Shown here piece after piece: positions 9,387 through 20,439 of a stretch of DNA of 64,000 nucleotides (position 1 is the stretch's first letter; each line of letters opens with the position of its first letter). Source of the DNA: an uncultured Gemmatimonadales bacterium (GTDB taxonomy: Bacteria > Gemmatimonadota > Gemmatimonadetes > Gemmatimonadales > GWC2-71-9). A model generated the notes under the pieces. That model was not told where the DNA came from. It worked only from the letters and a program-made list of their open reading frames with translations, and did no database searches. Both the position numbers and the translations under genes were made by a program. The stretch spans positions 192,001-256,000 of the forward strand of contig CAVSLV010000004.1 of NCBI GenBank assembly GCA_963728915.1, written 5' to 3'.

Positions 9387-10586
9387 ATGGCGGATCGTCC
9401 CGAGGTCGTATTTCTCTCCGGGGTCCGAACCGGGTTCGGGAGCTTCGGCGGGGCGCTGAAGGATCTTTCGGCCACCGATCTCGCCACCGCGGCAGGTCAG
9501 GCGGCGATCGAGCGCGCCGGCGTCGCTGCTGCTTTGATCGATCACGTGATCGTCGGCAATGCGATGCAGACTTCAGCCGACAGCGCCTACCTGGCCCGTC
9601 ACGTCGGTCTCCGGGTCGGGTGCCCCATCGAAACTCCGGCGGTCACCGTGAACCGGCTCTGCGGCTCGGGGTTCGAAGCGATCGTGCAGGCGGCTCACCG
9701 GATCCTGCTCGGGGAATCCCGCGTGGTGCTGGCCGCGGGGACCGAATCCATGAGCCAGGCGCCCTATGTGCTCCGTGGTGTCCGATGGGGCACCCGGCTC
9801 GGCAGCCCGCCCGTCGTCGAAGACCTGCTCTGGCAGGGGCTCACCGACCGGCAGTGCGGCTGCTCGATGGGAATCACCGCCGAGAACCTCGCTGCCCGCT
9901 ACGGCATAACCCGCGACGAAGCGGACCGGTACGCCCTGCGGAGCCAGCAGGGCGCCCGGGCCGCGTGGGAGCAGGGCTGGTTCCGGGACGAGCTCTGTCC
10001 CGTGCCAGTCAAGGATCGGAAATCGGGGGCGCTGGTTCCCTGGATGGCCGACGAACACATGCGCCCCCAGACCACCCTGGAAGCTCTCGCCAAGCTGCCT
10101 CCCGTGTTCAAGCCCGACGGGGTCGTCACCGCGGGGAATGCGTCCGGCATCGGCGACGGAGCGGGCGCCTGCATCGTGACGTCTCGCGAGGTCGCCAACC
10201 AGCTGGGCCGGAAGCCGCTCGGCCGGGTGGTGGCGTGGGGGGTAGCGGGGGTCGACCCGACCATCATGGGCATTGGCCCGGCCCCGGCGATCCGGCAGGC
10301 CTTGGAGCGCGCCGGGCTGAGCCTCGATCGAATGGACCGGGTCGAAGTGAACGAGGCCTTTGCCGCGCAGTATCTCGCGGTCGAGCGGGAGCTCGGACTC
10401 GATCTCTCGCGCACCAACGTCGAGGGAGGTGGTGTCGCGCTGGGCCATCCCCTCGGCGCGAGCGGAGCCCGCATCACCGTTCACCTGCTGCACACCCTCC
10501 GGCGAATCGGCAAGCGATTCGGCCTGGGGTCGGCGTGTATCGGCGGGGGGCAGGGCATCGCGGTCATCGTGGAAGCCTTTCCATGA
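9387..10586 (+). CDS. Acetyl-CoA C-acyltransferase (thiolase)
   Basis: NRLCGSG, TAGNASG, EVNEAFA, GHPLGASG and CIGGGQG motifs. Confidence 0.95.
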   Translation: MADRPEVVFLSGVRTGFGSFGGALKDLSATDLATAAGQAAIERAGVAAALIDHVIVGNAMQTSADSAYLARHVGLRVGCPIETPAVTVNRLCGSGFEAIVQAAHRILLGESRVVLAAGTESMSQAPYVLRGVRWGTRLGSPPVVEDLLWQGLTDRQCGCSMGITAENLAARYGITRDEADRYALRSQQGARAAWEQGWFRDELCPVPVKDRKSGALVPWMADEHMRPQTTLEALAKLPPVFKPDGVVTAGNASGIGDGAGACIVTSREVANQLGRKPLGRVVAWGVAGVDPTIMGIGPAPAIRQALERAGLSLDRMDRVEVNEAFAAQYLAVERELGLDLSRTNVEGGGVALGHPLGASGARITVHLLHTLRRIGKRFGLGSACIGGGQGIAVIVEAFP

Positions 10587-11431
10587 GCGACGCCCCCGGC
10601 AACCGGATCGATCGGGCCGCGCTGGAGCGCATCATGCAGCGCGCCGCCGAGCTCCAGGCCGCCGAGGCCGATGTGGGTGAAGGGCTCACCCCGGAAGAGG
10701 TCCTCGCCCTGGGCCGTGAAGTCGGCATCCCGGGGCGTCATCTGCAGCAGGCCATGCTCGAGCAGGCCACCGAGATCGTCGCCCCGGCCCAGGCCGGAAT
10801 CGTCGGACGTGTGGTGGGCCCGAGCGAGATCACCGCGCACCGCGTCGTCGTCGGGGATCCCGAGGATGCGGCGCGAGCCCTCATCCAGTGGTTCGACGCC
10901 AACGAGCTCCTGGTCGTGCTACGTCAGCAACAGGGCCGGGTCACCTTCGAGCCCATGGGGGGAATGCAAGCGGCCCTCCGTCGCGGGACCGCGGCGTTCA
11001 GCAGCGGCAAACCGAAGTTCATGCTGGCCCGCGCCACCCTGGTGACGGCCACCTTTGCCCGTCTGGAATCGGGCTACTGCCACATCAGCCTCACCGCCGA
11101 TCTCTCGAAGGCGCGCGGTGCATTCATCGGCGGCGCCTTCGCCGGAGGCTCGCTGGGAGTGGCAGGCGCCCTGGTTGCCGGAGTGCTGACCCCGTTCGCG
11201 CTGCTCGCCGCGGTTCCCGTGCTCGTGGGGGGCGCCGTCGGCTGGTACGTCCTCAAGCGATACCTGCCGCTCGCCGAGCGGGCTCGGCTGGGTCTCGAGC
11301 GGGCGCTCGATTACCTGGAGCGGGGCGGCATCAAGCCCGGCCACCAGATTCCGCCAAGGACGGGAGGGTTGTTGGAGGTGATCGCGGGAGAGGTACGCAA
11401 AGCGCTGGTGGGCAAGAACCGTGACCAGTAG
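10583..11431 (+). CDS. Hypothetical membrane protein
   Basis: Start overlaps the thiolase stop; C-terminal TM hairpin; coding-like composition. Confidence 0.65.
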   Translation: MSDAPGNRIDRAALERIMQRAAELQAAEADVGEGLTPEEVLALGREVGIPGRHLQQAMLEQATEIVAPAQAGIVGRVVGPSEITAHRVVVGDPEDAARALIQWFDANELLVVLRQQQGRVTFEPMGGMQAALRRGTAAFSSGKPKFMLARATLVTATFARLESGYCHISLTADLSKARGAFIGGAFAGGSLGVAGALVAGVLTPFALLAAVPVLVGGAVGWYVLKRYLPLAERARLGLERALDYLERGGIKPGHQIPPRTGGLLEVIAGEVRKALVGKNRDQ

Positions 11432-12005
11432 AGCTACCGCCGCCCTGCTGCTCGCGGCGCTTGGATGCAGAGCGACTACCCATCGGCCCTACTTCACCCC
11501 GATGCCGATGGCGACCACGGTCCAGGTCGAGCTGGAGATTCCCGAGGCAACCCGCGTCCTCGCGGAAGCCCTCGCGCGAGACAGCGTGTCTTTCCGCACC
11601 GTGCGTGAGGCGGACGGCTTTCTGGATTCCGGCTGGATCGACTCGAAGACCCTGGAACCGACCCACGCGCGGCCCCTCGGCGCTGACGTGGTCCGGGTCA
11701 GGGCCTGGGTCAACCCCGATCGCGAATTCTGGAGCGAGCTGGTGGTGGAAGCGACCTATCGTCCCATCGCGGATCCGTCGCGGCCGGAGCGCGAGCTCGA
11801 GGTTCCTCTTCCGGAGGACCATCTGTTGCAGCGGAAGATCGCTGATGTGCTCCGGACCCTGGTCGAACGCTACGGCGACGTCGAGTCTCTCAAGGCGCTC
11901 ACCCCCCCGGCTCCGGTGCGACCCGACAGCGCCAGGAAAGACAGCACTCGAACCCGGCCCGACACGATTCCGGCCCGGCCCAAACCGGACACCTCACGCG
12001 CCTGA
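11421..12005 (+). CDS. Putative lipoprotein
   Basis: LLLAALGC lipobox; operonic overlap. Confidence 0.65.
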   Translation: MTSRATAALLLAALGCRATTHRPYFTPMPMATTVQVELEIPEATRVLAEALARDSVSFRTVREADGFLDSGWIDSKTLEPTHARPLGADVVRVRAWVNPDREFWSELVVEATYRPIADPSRPERELEVPLPEDHLLQRKIADVLRTLVERYGDVESLKALTPPAPVRPDSARKDSTRTRPDTIPARPKPDTSRA

Positions 12006-12015
12006 CCCGCGCACC

Positions 12016-13638
12016 GTGGTGGCTCCCTCTCCGTTCCCCGCTTCCTTTTCCGGTGAGTTTCGCATCGATGCCCAGGCGCGGGCGGCGTACTCCGAGGGAG
12101 CCGGCATCTTCCGAATCATTCCGAAAGGGGTGGCCGTACCATCGACCACCGTTTCGCTTCAGGAATTGATCCGCTGGGCCGGCGCCAACCGGGTGCCCCT
12201 CGTCCCGAGGGGCGCGGGAAGCGGAATGGGAGGAGGCAACGTGGGGAATGGAGTCGTCGTGGACCTCTCGGTGCTCGACGGTTGCCCTCTCCGCATCGAT
12301 CCTGAAGCCCGCACCGCTCGGGTCGGGGCCGGCGTCACCCTCCGGGATCTCCAGACCGAGGCCGCCCGGTTCGGGCTCCGCTTTCCTCCCGACCCATCGA
12401 GCGCCCGATTTGCCACCCTCGGCGGGCTGGCCTCCACCAATGCGGCAGGCCCCGCCACGGTTCGGCACGGGAGCGTGCGTCGCTGGATCGAAGCCCTGGA
12501 TCTCGTCACCGTAGAAGGTGAGATCCTGGCCCTGAAGCGCGGAATTCCCCTGGCCAGCGTCGCGGCGACCGAACGATTCACACGGGATGCCGAACCGGCT
12601 CTGCGGGCTGCGCGAGACCTCGTTTCGAGGATGTATCCAGCGACCCGCAAGAATTCCTCGGGATACGCCATTGATGCCTTTCTCGCCTCCGGCGAGTTGG
12701 TCGATCTGATCGTCGGGAGTGAGGGAACCCTCGGCCTGATCACCGGCATCGAATGTCGCCTCGCCCCGCTTCTCTCGTTCCGGGCAGGGGTCCGTGCCGG
12801 AGTCCGCGACCTTCGGAGGACGGCCCAGCATATCCCCAGCTTGCTCGAGCTGGAGCCGTCGGTCTTCGAGTTCCTCGATCGCACCTTGCTGCGCCTCCTG
12901 GAGGGCTCGGGGAATGCCATCGATCCGGGCTGGGAGGGTTTGTTGCTGATCGAGTTCGAGGGCGATGACCGCGCGGAAGTTCTGGACCGGATGGACCGGA
13001 CAGCCCTGCTGTTGAGTCCCGACGTCGAGGATCTCCGCCGCGCGGAGGGGTCACGGGGCCTCGAGGAGCTCTGGGAGATTCGGCATGCCGCGAGCCCTCT
13101 GCTGGCCTCCCTCGGAGATAGCCTGCGCTCCCTTCAGGTGATCGAAGATGCCTGTGTGCCGGTCGATCGGGTTCCCGACTACGTCACCGCGGTCCGCGAA
13201 GCCGGAGAGCGACATGGAGTGCGTCTCGTCATCTTCGGGCATCTGGGTGACGGGAACGTTCACGTGAACCTCCAGCCCGACGTCTCCGTCCCGGGGTGGG
13301 AAGGAGGAGTCGAGCGTATCCTCGAGGAGGTGACCGCGGCGGTGATTCGGCTGGGCGGAACCATGAGCGGGGAACACGGGGATGGCCGTTTGCGCGCCCC
13401 GTTGCTCGACCGTGTCTATGGCGTCGAGATACTCGATCTGTTCCGGCTGGTGAAACGCGCTTTCGATCCCACGGGGATTCTCAATCCGGGGGTGAAGCTC
13501 GCGCTCGGGGGACAGCGACCCCTCGATGGCCTCAAGGTGGGAGCCGGCGCCGTGCCGATCCCGGCCGGGATCGAGCGGGAGCTTCGGACGATCGAGCGGA
13601 CTGGAGGATATTCGCTGAGTAGATTGGAGATCGCATGA
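12016..13638 (+). CDS. FAD-binding oxidoreductase (GlcD/D-lactate dehydrogenase family)
   Basis: [37 protein letters not shown] and [10 protein letters not shown] motifs; start approximate. Confidence 0.88.
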   Translation: MVAPSPFPASFSGEFRIDAQARAAYSEGAGIFRIIPKGVAVPSTTVSLQELIRWAGANRVPLVPRGAGSGMGGGNVGNGVVVDLSVLDGCPLRIDPEARTARVGAGVTLRDLQTEAARFGLRFPPDPSSARFATLGGLASTNAAGPATVRHGSVRRWIEALDLVTVEGEILALKRGIPLASVAATERFTRDAEPALRAARDLVSRMYPATRKNSSGYAIDAFLASGELVDLIVGSEGTLGLITGIECRLAPLLSFRAGVRAGVRDLRRTAQHIPSLLELEPSVFEFLDRTLLRLLEGSGNAIDPGWEGLLLIEFEGDDRAEVLDRMDRTALLLSPDVEDLRRAEGSRGLEELWEIRHAASPLLASLGDSLRSLQVIEDACVPVDRVPDYVTAVREAGERHGVRLVIFGHLGDGNVHVNLQPDVSVPGWEGGVERILEEVTAAVIRLGGTMSGEHGDGRLRAPLLDRVYGVEILDLFRLVKRAFDPTGILNPGVKLALGGQRPLDGLKVGAGAVPIPAGIERELRTIERTGGYSLSRLEIA

Positions 13639-14429
13639 AACCATATCTCGATCTCCTCGCCCACGTGCTCCATCAGGGTCGGCCCAAAGCGGACCGGACC
13701 GGCACCGGTACGCTGAGCGTATTCGGATGGCAGATGCGATTCGATCTTGCCGAGGGCTTTCCTCTCACCACCACCAAACGCGTCCACTTCAAATCCATTG
13801 TGCAGGAGCTGCTCTGGTTTCTTCGGGGAGAGACCACCACCCAATCCCTCAAGGCTGCAGGAGTTTCAATCTGGGACGAATGGGCCGGCCCGGAGGGGGA
13901 TCTCGGTCCTATATATGGATACCAGTGGCGCTCCTGGCCCGCCCCTGACGGACGGCGGATCGACCAGATCGCCAATGTCATCCGGGAAATCCGGGGCAAT
14001 CCGGACTCGCGCCGTCTCGTGGTCAGCGCCTGGAACGTCGCCGATCTCCCCGCCATGGCCCTTCAGCCCTGCCATGTGCTTTTTCAGTTCTACGTGGTGG
14101 ACGGCCGGCTTTCGTGTCAGCTCTATCAGCGAAGCGGCGACGTCTTCCTCGGCGTGCCCTTCAACATCGCGTCCTACGCCCTTCTGACCGCGATGGTCGC
14201 CCAGGTCACCGGTCTCGTTCCCGGCGAGCTCATCCATACCTTTGGAGATGTCCACCTCTATCGGAATCATCTCGACCAGGCCCGCGAGCAGCTGACCCGC
14301 GAGCCCAGGCCGTTGCCCACTCTCCGACTCGATCCCAGGGTAGCGGAAATCGACGACTTCCGGTTCGAGCACGTCACCCTGGAAGCCTACGATCCTCACC
14401 CCGCGATTCGGGCCCCGGTGGCGGTGTGA
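13635..14429 (+). CDS. thyA: Thymidylate synthase
   Basis: [34 protein letters not shown]. Confidence 0.97.
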   Translation: MKPYLDLLAHVLHQGRPKADRTGTGTLSVFGWQMRFDLAEGFPLTTTKRVHFKSIVQELLWFLRGETTTQSLKAAGVSIWDEWAGPEGDLGPIYGYQWRSWPAPDGRRIDQIANVIREIRGNPDSRRLVVSAWNVADLPAMALQPCHVLFQFYVVDGRLSCQLYQRSGDVFLGVPFNIASYALLTAMVAQVTGLVPGELIHTFGDVHLYRNHLDQAREQLTREPRPLPTLRLDPRVAEIDDFRFEHVTLEAYDPHPAIRAPVAV

Positions 14430-14917
14430 TCGTTTCGCTGGTTCTCGCGATGGCCGAGAACCGGGTCATCGGGAGGGGAGGGAAGTTGCCCTGGCGCCTC
14501 CCCGATGATCTCCAGCGGTTCAAGAAGATCACGCTCGACCACACCGTGATCATGGGGCGAAAGACCTTCCAGGAGATCAAGCACCCCCTCGCCAATCGCC
14601 GTAACGTCGTCATCTCCCGGGACCCGGATTTCCAGGCGCGGGGGACTACCGTGGTGCCCAGCCTCGAGGAGGCGCTGGCCCTGGGCGCCACCGAGAAAGA
14701 GGTCTTCGTCATCGGCGGCGGGGAGATCTTCCGCCTGGCCCTGCCGCTCGCCGACCGTCTTTACCTCACCGTCGTCCACGCCGAAGTCCCCGGCGACACC
14801 TTCTTCCCCCCGCTCGACCAGGCCGCGTGGGCGCTCGAGGAGGAGGAGCATCATCCGGCCGATGCGCGACACCAGTTTGCATTCTCTTTCCGGCGATATC
14901 GGCGGATTCGGACCTGA
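14426..14917 (+). CDS. folA: Dihydrofolate reductase
   Basis: VIG...[36 protein letters not shown] start overlaps the thyA stop. Confidence 0.95.
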   Translation: MIVSLVLAMAENRVIGRGGKLPWRLPDDLQRFKKITLDHTVIMGRKTFQEIKHPLANRRNVVISRDPDFQARGTTVVPSLEEALALGATEKEVFVIGGGEIFRLALPLADRLYLTVVHAEVPGDTFFPPLDQAAWALEEEEHHPADARHQFAFSFRRYRRIRT

Positions 14918-15026
14918 AACCCATTGTGCGGTCCGGATTTTTTCCTTAGCTTATGAAGTAGCTGTGAGTTCCGAGCTTTGCCCCTCGTTGCCTTGCACCT
15001 CGGAGCCACCTTTTCAAGGAGGTCAG

Positions 15027-16151
15027 TTGGCGGTTCGAATAGGATTCGCCTATAACCTCAAGCCTCCTGTCCCAGCGCCAAAAAAAGGGCGCGAGCCCGA
15101 TTCCCCCTCCGCCTCACTCGATCACGTCCCCGCCAATCGCGCGCTGCGTTCCGACCTCTCGCAGCCGGACCTGTATGCCGAGTGGGATGAGCCGGAAACG
15201 ATCGATGCGATCGCCAACGCCCTCGCGGGCCTGGGAGAAGTGATCCGCCTCGAGGCGACCTCGGATTTCCCGGCCCGGCTCCTCGACGCCCGTCCCGACT
15301 TCGTGTTCAACATTGCCGAGGGCCTCCACGGGGTGAATCGGGAGAGCCACGTCCCTTCCATCTGCGAGTTCCTCGGCGTCCCTTATCACGCCTCCGATCC
15401 CCTCGCCCTGGCCATGACGCTCCACAAGGGACGGGCCAAGGAGACCATGGCCTACCACGGTGTCCCGACCGCCCCCTTCGTGGTTGCCGGCACCCGGGCC
15501 GATGCCCGCAATGTGAACCTGCCGTTCCCCCTCTTTGCCAAGCCGGCCCTGGAGGGCTCGGGGAAGGGAATTACCGAAAAGTCCCTTTGCACCAGCCGAG
15601 CCCGGCTGGTCCAGCAGGTGGGCGAGCTGCTCGACACCTACCAGGAGCCCGTGCTGATCGAGAGCTGGCTGCCGGGGCAGGAATTCACCGTCGCGATCCT
15701 CGGCAATGGCAAGGAGGCCAAATGTCTGCCGCTGGTCTCCATGCGGTGGGACGCGCTTCCCCTGGGAGCGCAGCCGATCTACGGCTATGAGGCCAAATGG
15801 CTCTGGGACACCCCTGATCACCCCCTCGACCTCTTCGAGTGTCCCGCCAAGATTTCCAAGGAGCTGGCCCGCGACATCCGCTCCGCCGCGCTGTGGGCGT
15901 ATCGAGCCCTGGGTTGCCGGGATTGGTGCCGGGTCGATGTCCGCTGTGATGCCGCCGGCAGACCCATGGTGGTCGAGCTCAATCCCCTGCCCGGGGTGCT
16001 GCCCAACCCTCAAGACAACTCCTGCTTCCCCAAGGCAGCCCGCGCCGCCGGGATGTCGTACGAAGAATTGATCCAGAGCGTCGCCGACGTCGCCTGGCGC
16101 CGGATCAGCGGCCGGAGTCTTGAGAAACGGCGCAAGCGGGTCGCGGCGTGA
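15027..16151 (+). CDS. ATP-grasp ligase, D-Ala-D-Ala ligase-like (1)
   Basis: FNIAEG, KP..EGSGKGI, EFTV, RVDVR, ELNPLPG; AAGGAGG RBS before TTG. Confidence 0.88.
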   Translation: MAVRIGFAYNLKPPVPAPKKGREPDSPSASLDHVPANRALRSDLSQPDLYAEWDEPETIDAIANALAGLGEVIRLEATSDFPARLLDARPDFVFNIAEGLHGVNRESHVPSICEFLGVPYHASDPLALAMTLHKGRAKETMAYHGVPTAPFVVAGTRADARNVNLPFPLFAKPALEGSGKGITEKSLCTSRARLVQQVGELLDTYQEPVLIESWLPGQEFTVAILGNGKEAKCLPLVSMRWDALPLGAQPIYGYEAKWLWDTPDHPLDLFECPAKISKELARDIRSAALWAYRALGCRDWCRVDVRCDAAGRPMVVELNPLPGVLPNPQDNSCFPKAARAAGMSYEELIQSVADVAWRRISGRSLEKRRKRVAA

Positions 16152-17155
16152 AGATCGGAATCCTGTTCGACGCAGGGAGCGCGGACTGGAACCAGCAGGA
16201 CGTGGCCGCGGTCATGGCCAACGTCAATGAAGTGCAGGCCGCGTTACGCGTGGCTGGTCACGAAGTCGTCCAGATCCCGGTTGAGCTGGCCGATGTCGCC
16301 TGGCTCCGGAAGGTCCAGCGTCAGGAGGCGATCTTCAATCTGTGCGAGGGCGTGAACGGATACGCCAAGTACGAGGACTTCGCCGTGGCAGCGCTCGAGC
16401 TCACCCGCATCCCCTTTACCGGCTGCGCGTCCTGGCCGGTAACCATTTGCCATCGCAAGCATATCGCCAATACGCTCCTGCTCTCCGCGGGCGTCCCGGT
16501 GCCCACCTTCATGCTCGCGAAGGGCATCACCCCCCCTGCCGGGCTTCGGTACCCCGTCATCGTGAAGCCCTCGGGGGAGGATGCCAGCGTGGGCATCGAC
16601 CTCGGCGCCGTATGCCAGACCCGAAAGGCCCTCCGCGACCGGCTGGCCCAGATGCTGGAGCAGTGGAATGACGTCCTCATCCAGGAGTACATCCCCGGCC
16701 GGGAAGTGAACGTCGGATTCATTGGCCGCGAGATGATGCCGGTCTCGGAGATCATTTTCACCAGGATGCCGCAAGGCGCCTGGCCGATCGTGACCTACGC
16801 CGGCAAGTGGAATCCCGAGAGTCCCGAATACGCCGGGTCCGAGCCGGTCTGTCCGGCGGACCTGTTTCCCGAGCTCGGCCGCCGGGTCGCCCAGGTCGCC
16901 AAGCAGGCCTGGGAAACGCTGGCCGGGTCCGAAGGCTATGGGCGGGTGGACCTTCGGGTGACCGACTCCGGTGAGGTGTTCGTGCTCGAGGTCAATCCCA
17001 ATCCGGACCTGTCGAGCGATGCCGGGTTCGCCCGGATGGCGGCGGCAAAGCACTGGGGGTATGCCGAGCTGGTTCAGCGAGTCCTGGACGAGGGGCTCCG
17101 TCGGTTCGACCGAGCCCGGGCTGCCGAAGCTCTCACCCAGAACGTTCCGGCGTGA
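16148..17155 (+). CDS. ATP-grasp ligase, D-Ala-D-Ala ligase-like (2)
   Basis: FNLCEG, KPSGEDASVGI, EYIPGRE, GRVDLR, EVNPNP. Confidence 0.88.
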   Translation: MKIGILFDAGSADWNQQDVAAVMANVNEVQAALRVAGHEVVQIPVELADVAWLRKVQRQEAIFNLCEGVNGYAKYEDFAVAALELTRIPFTGCASWPVTICHRKHIANTLLLSAGVPVPTFMLAKGITPPAGLRYPVIVKPSGEDASVGIDLGAVCQTRKALRDRLAQMLEQWNDVLIQEYIPGREVNVGFIGREMMPVSEIIFTRMPQGAWPIVTYAGKWNPESPEYAGSEPVCPADLFPELGRRVAQVAKQAWETLAGSEGYGRVDLRVTDSGEVFVLEVNPNPDLSSDAGFARMAAAKHWGYAELVQRVLDEGLRRFDRARAAEALTQNVPA

Positions 17156-17676
17156 GTCGTTCGAATCTCCTGATCTCCCCGGTCATCCGGGCCCCAGCGA
17201 TTTCGGATCGCGAGACGGTGAAGGCCGTCACCGAGCGATCGGAAGGATTCCGTGCCGACGAAATCGCCGTCGCCATGGACGTCTTTGATGCCTCCCTCGG
17301 CATCGGGAGGCCAAGCGATCCCGACTACGAAATCGCGCTGGCAGAGCTGGATGGCGGGCTGGCCGGCTGGATCTGCTGGGGACCCACGCCATGTACCCGG
17401 GGAACCTTCGACCTCTATTGGATCGTGGTCGACCGGCTCTGGCAGGGGAAAGGGATCGGAACCGTTCTGATCGAGGAAATGGAGCGGCGGGTGTCGGACC
17501 GAGCCCGCCTCATCGTCGTCGAGACCGCGGGTCGGGATGACTACGAGGCGACCCGGAAGTTCTACCAGCACCGCGGGTACGAACAGGCATCGCGGATTGC
17601 CGACTACTACGCGTCTGGAGATGATCTCGTCGTGTACGTGAAAAGGTGCCGCTCACACCTCACACCCCGTACCTAA
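17152..17676 (+). CDS. GNAT-family acetyltransferase
   Basis: LYWIVV, QGKGIG, FYQHRGY motifs. Confidence 0.88.
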   Translation: MSRSNLLISPVIRAPAISDRETVKAVTERSEGFRADEIAVAMDVFDASLGIGRPSDPDYEIALAELDGGLAGWICWGPTPCTRGTFDLYWIVVDRLWQGKGIGTVLIEEMERRVSDRARLIVVETAGRDDYEATRKFYQHRGYEQASRIADYYASGDDLVVYVKRCRSHLTPRT

Positions 17677-17681
17677 CGCCT

Positions 17682-18806
17682 ATGTCTACCTGGCAGGAGC
17701 TTCTCAAGCAGCGCTCCATCACCAGCATCGAAGCGCTCGCCGAACGGTTCGGCCCGGAGCACTTCCCGCCCAGCCATTACGAGAGACTCCGCCAGGCCAT
17801 CGATAACTTCGAGTTTCGGATCTCGCCCCCGATGGTGGACCTGATCGAGTCGCCCGACGACCCGATCTGGCGCCAGTACATCCCCACCGTGCAGGAGCTG
17901 GACGTCGTGGACGGGATCGTGGACTCGCTGGAAGAGGACCGCGACAGCCCGGTTCCCAATATCACCCATCGCTATCCCGATCGCGCGCTCTTCCTGGTGT
18001 CTCCGGTTTGCGCGAGCTATTGCCGGTTCTGCACCCGACGCCGCAAGGTGGGCGACCCCGAGAAGATCCCGATGTCGCAGTTCGAATCCGCCTTCCAGTA
18101 TCTGGAGGCGCATACCGAGATCCGCGACGTCATCATGTCGGGCGGCGATCCCCTCATGCTCTCGGATCGCCGCCTCGAAAGCATGTTGACCCGGCTCAGG
18201 GCCATCGAACACATCGAGATCATCCGGATCGGGAGCCGGGTCCCCTGCCACTTGCCCGAGCGGATCACCCCGGAGCTCTGCGCGATGCTCAGGAAGTTCC
18301 ATCCGCTCTTCATCAATACCCATTTCAATCACCCGCTGGAGCTTACCCCTTCGGCGGTGGCGGGCCTGGGCCGGCTCGCCGATGCCGGCATCCCGCTCGG
18401 CTGCCAGACGGTCCTTCTCAAAGGGGTGAACGACGATCCCCAGGTGATGGTCAAGCTGATGCAGGGGCTCCTCAAGGCCCGGGTCAGGCCGTACTACATC
18501 TACATGGCCGACCAGGTGGCGGGCGGCGAGCACTTCCGGACCTCCGTGGAAACCGGTCTCCGCATCATGAAGGCCTTGCGAGGATGGACCAGCGGACTGG
18601 CCAATCCGTATTTCGTCATCGATGCCCCAGGTGGAGGTGGCAAGGTGCCGCTCCTCCCCGAGTACGTCGAGAGCGTGACCGAAGACGAGGTGGTGTTCCG
18701 GAACTTCAAGGGGGACCGCTACGTCTATCGCCAACCCAAGCCGGGACAGAACGGAAAGCGAATCCCGGAGCCGGAATATCTCATCGAGGCGATCCCCGGT
18801 AGCTGA
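17682..18806 (+). CDS. KamA-family radical SAM aminomutase (lysine 2,3-aminomutase-like)
   Basis: HRYPDR, CASYCRFCTRRR, SGGDPL, HFNHP, QTVLLKGVND, DAPGGGGK. Confidence 0.92.
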   Translation: MSTWQELLKQRSITSIEALAERFGPEHFPPSHYERLRQAIDNFEFRISPPMVDLIESPDDPIWRQYIPTVQELDVVDGIVDSLEEDRDSPVPNITHRYPDRALFLVSPVCASYCRFCTRRRKVGDPEKIPMSQFESAFQYLEAHTEIRDVIMSGGDPLMLSDRRLESMLTRLRAIEHIEIIRIGSRVPCHLPERITPELCAMLRKFHPLFINTHFNHPLELTPSAVAGLGRLADAGIPLGCQTVLLKGVNDDPQVMVKLMQGLLKARVRPYYIYMADQVAGGEHFRTSVETGLRIMKALRGWTSGLANPYFVIDAPGGGGKVPLLPEYVESVTEDEVVFRNFKGDRYVYRQPKPGQNGKRIPEPEYLIEAIPGS

Positions 18807-18821
18807 TCGCCCCCGGCACCC

Positions 18822-20414
18822 TCACCGATCTCGGAGCTTCCATCCTGGGAGTCCCGCCAGCCACGAATACGGATCGATCGCCACGCCTTCCAGGCGCCGC
18901 GGGATCGCGGCGACCTGGGTGGGATTGTAGAGCCAGATCCCCGGCACGTCGGCATTCAGGGTATCCATGGCTTCGCGCCATGCCGTTCGGGCCAGCGCAA
19001 CCGATCCGGGGAACCACGCCGCCCGGTGAAAGAGCGAATCGAATACCGGATTGGCGTAGCGAGTGTAGTTCAGCTTGCCGATACCGCCCCTGGTCCATTG
19101 ATCCGCCAGGCTTCGGGGGCTCGGCTCGTCGAGCCATGCGCCGATGAAGCTTTCGAATTTGCCGGTCCGCAATCGCTCCTGAAAGACCGGGAAGTCCACC
19201 GAGGTGACCGTCGCGCCGATCCCGGCCTGGCGCCACATCTCCTGCACCACCTGGGCAAGGTTCCTCCGGGCGATGCTGGTGCCGGGGACCAGAATGTCCA
19301 GCGTGAGCCGACGCCCCGCACGCGCCCGCATTCCGTCGGCGCCTCGGCTCCATCCCCCTGCATCGAGCAGCGTCGCCGCGCTGTCCCGGCTGTACGGGAT
19401 GCCGGCTGTGCTCGAATCGTAGATCCAGAGAATCCGTGACATGGGTCCGGGCGGGGCGATCGCATCCCGGCCGAACACGCCGCGCGCCGCCAATCCACGA
19501 TCCAAAGCCATTGCCAGGGCTCGGCGGACCTCGCGAGATCGAAGCGGACTTGCCGCGGCTCCGCCCAGGTTGAAGCCGAGAAAGCCGTACACGGCCGCCG
19601 GGTACGAGACGGTGTCGAACACGGTATCGGCCCTGACCCGCGCCACCCGCGCGGAATCTCCCACCGATTCGACCAGGTCGGCTTCGTGGCTGAGCAGCAG
19701 GTTCAACGCGGCATCCGGTTCGCCGGCGAAGCGCCAGACGACTCGTTGGATTCCCGTCCCCCCAGCCACCCGCTCGAGGGTAAGCGATTGCCCTTTGTTC
19801 CACGCCGCGAGCCGGTAAGGTCCTGAGCCGATCAGGCGTGCGGCGCTACTGTCCGCGGCCCATTCGCTCCGCGGGATGGAATCCCACAGGTGACGGGGGA
19901 GAACCCGAACGTACCAGGTGGCTGTGTACCATTGCTCCGGATCCGGCTCGGGAAACCGTATCTGGACGGTCGAGTCGTCCACTGCATTCGCGGTGATCCG
20001 CGATACGAGCTCCTGGCCCCCGGCTTCGAGAATGGTGTCCCCGTAGGCCTCGAAGGAGAATGCCACATCCTGAGCTGTCACCGGCCGGCCGTCGTGCCAG
20101 GTGGCCCCCGGCCGGAGATGGAACCGGAGGGTCAGCGAGTCCACCCGTTCCCACCGAGTCGCGAGGCCCGGGCGGTAAGCCGAGCTATCGACCGGCGGCG
20201 CATGCGCGGGCAGCGATGCCAGTCGCTCAAAGATCAGATCGCTGATGTCCCGGCCCAGCGACCCCTGGACCAACGGCGGCAGGATGGCGTCGGGGATTCC
20301 GGTCGCGGCCACCACCAGGGTGTTGCAGCGAGCGCAGTCTTTCTCGGCGGGTCCGCAGGCCATGGCAATGCTGGTCAGAGCCGTGAGAACCCGAGACAGA
20401 GTCCGTGGCTTCAC
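18822..20414 (-). CDS. Peptide ABC transporter substrate-binding lipoprotein (family 5, OppA-like), orphan
   Basis: AMAC lipobox; PGLA..W, F.LR....WHDG.PVTA.DV.FS, GSGPY, VRRALAMALDR. Confidence 0.88.
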   Translation of the reverse strand: MKPRTLSRVLTALTSIAMACGPAEKDCARCNTLVVAATGIPDAILPPLVQGSLGRDISDLIFERLASLPAHAPPVDSSAYRPGLATRWERVDSLTLRFHLRPGATWHDGRPVTAQDVAFSFEAYGDTILEAGGQELVSRITANAVDDSTVQIRFPEPDPEQWYTATWYVRVLPRHLWDSIPRSEWAADSSAARLIGSGPYRLAAWNKGQSLTLERVAGGTGIQRVVWRFAGEPDAALNLLLSHEADLVESVGDSARVARVRADTVFDTVSYPAAVYGFLGFNLGGAAASPLRSREVRRALAMALDRGLAARGVFGRDAIAPPGPMSRILWIYDSSTAGIPYSRDSAATLLDAGGWSRGADGMRARAGRRLTLDILVPGTSIARRNLAQVVQEMWRQAGIGATVTSVDFPVFQERLRTGKFESFIGAWLDEPSPRSLADQWTRGGIGKLNYTRYANPVFDSLFHRAAWFPGSVALARTAWREAMDTLNADVPGIWLYNPTQVAAIPRRLEGVAIDPYSWLAGLPGWKLRDR

Positions 20415-20439
20415 CGCAACATTGGTGATCTGTACATGA

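Noticed and set aside
15027..17155. Housekeeping ddl or van-type resistance ligases
   Set aside because: They are not in a mur/fts cluster, there are no vanH/vanX genes, and they are paired with KamA and GNAT, so no gene symbol was assigned.
17682..18806. KamA protein as EpmB for EF-P beta-lysylation
   Set aside because: No efp or epmA is nearby, and the context is an ATP-grasp/GNAT operon.
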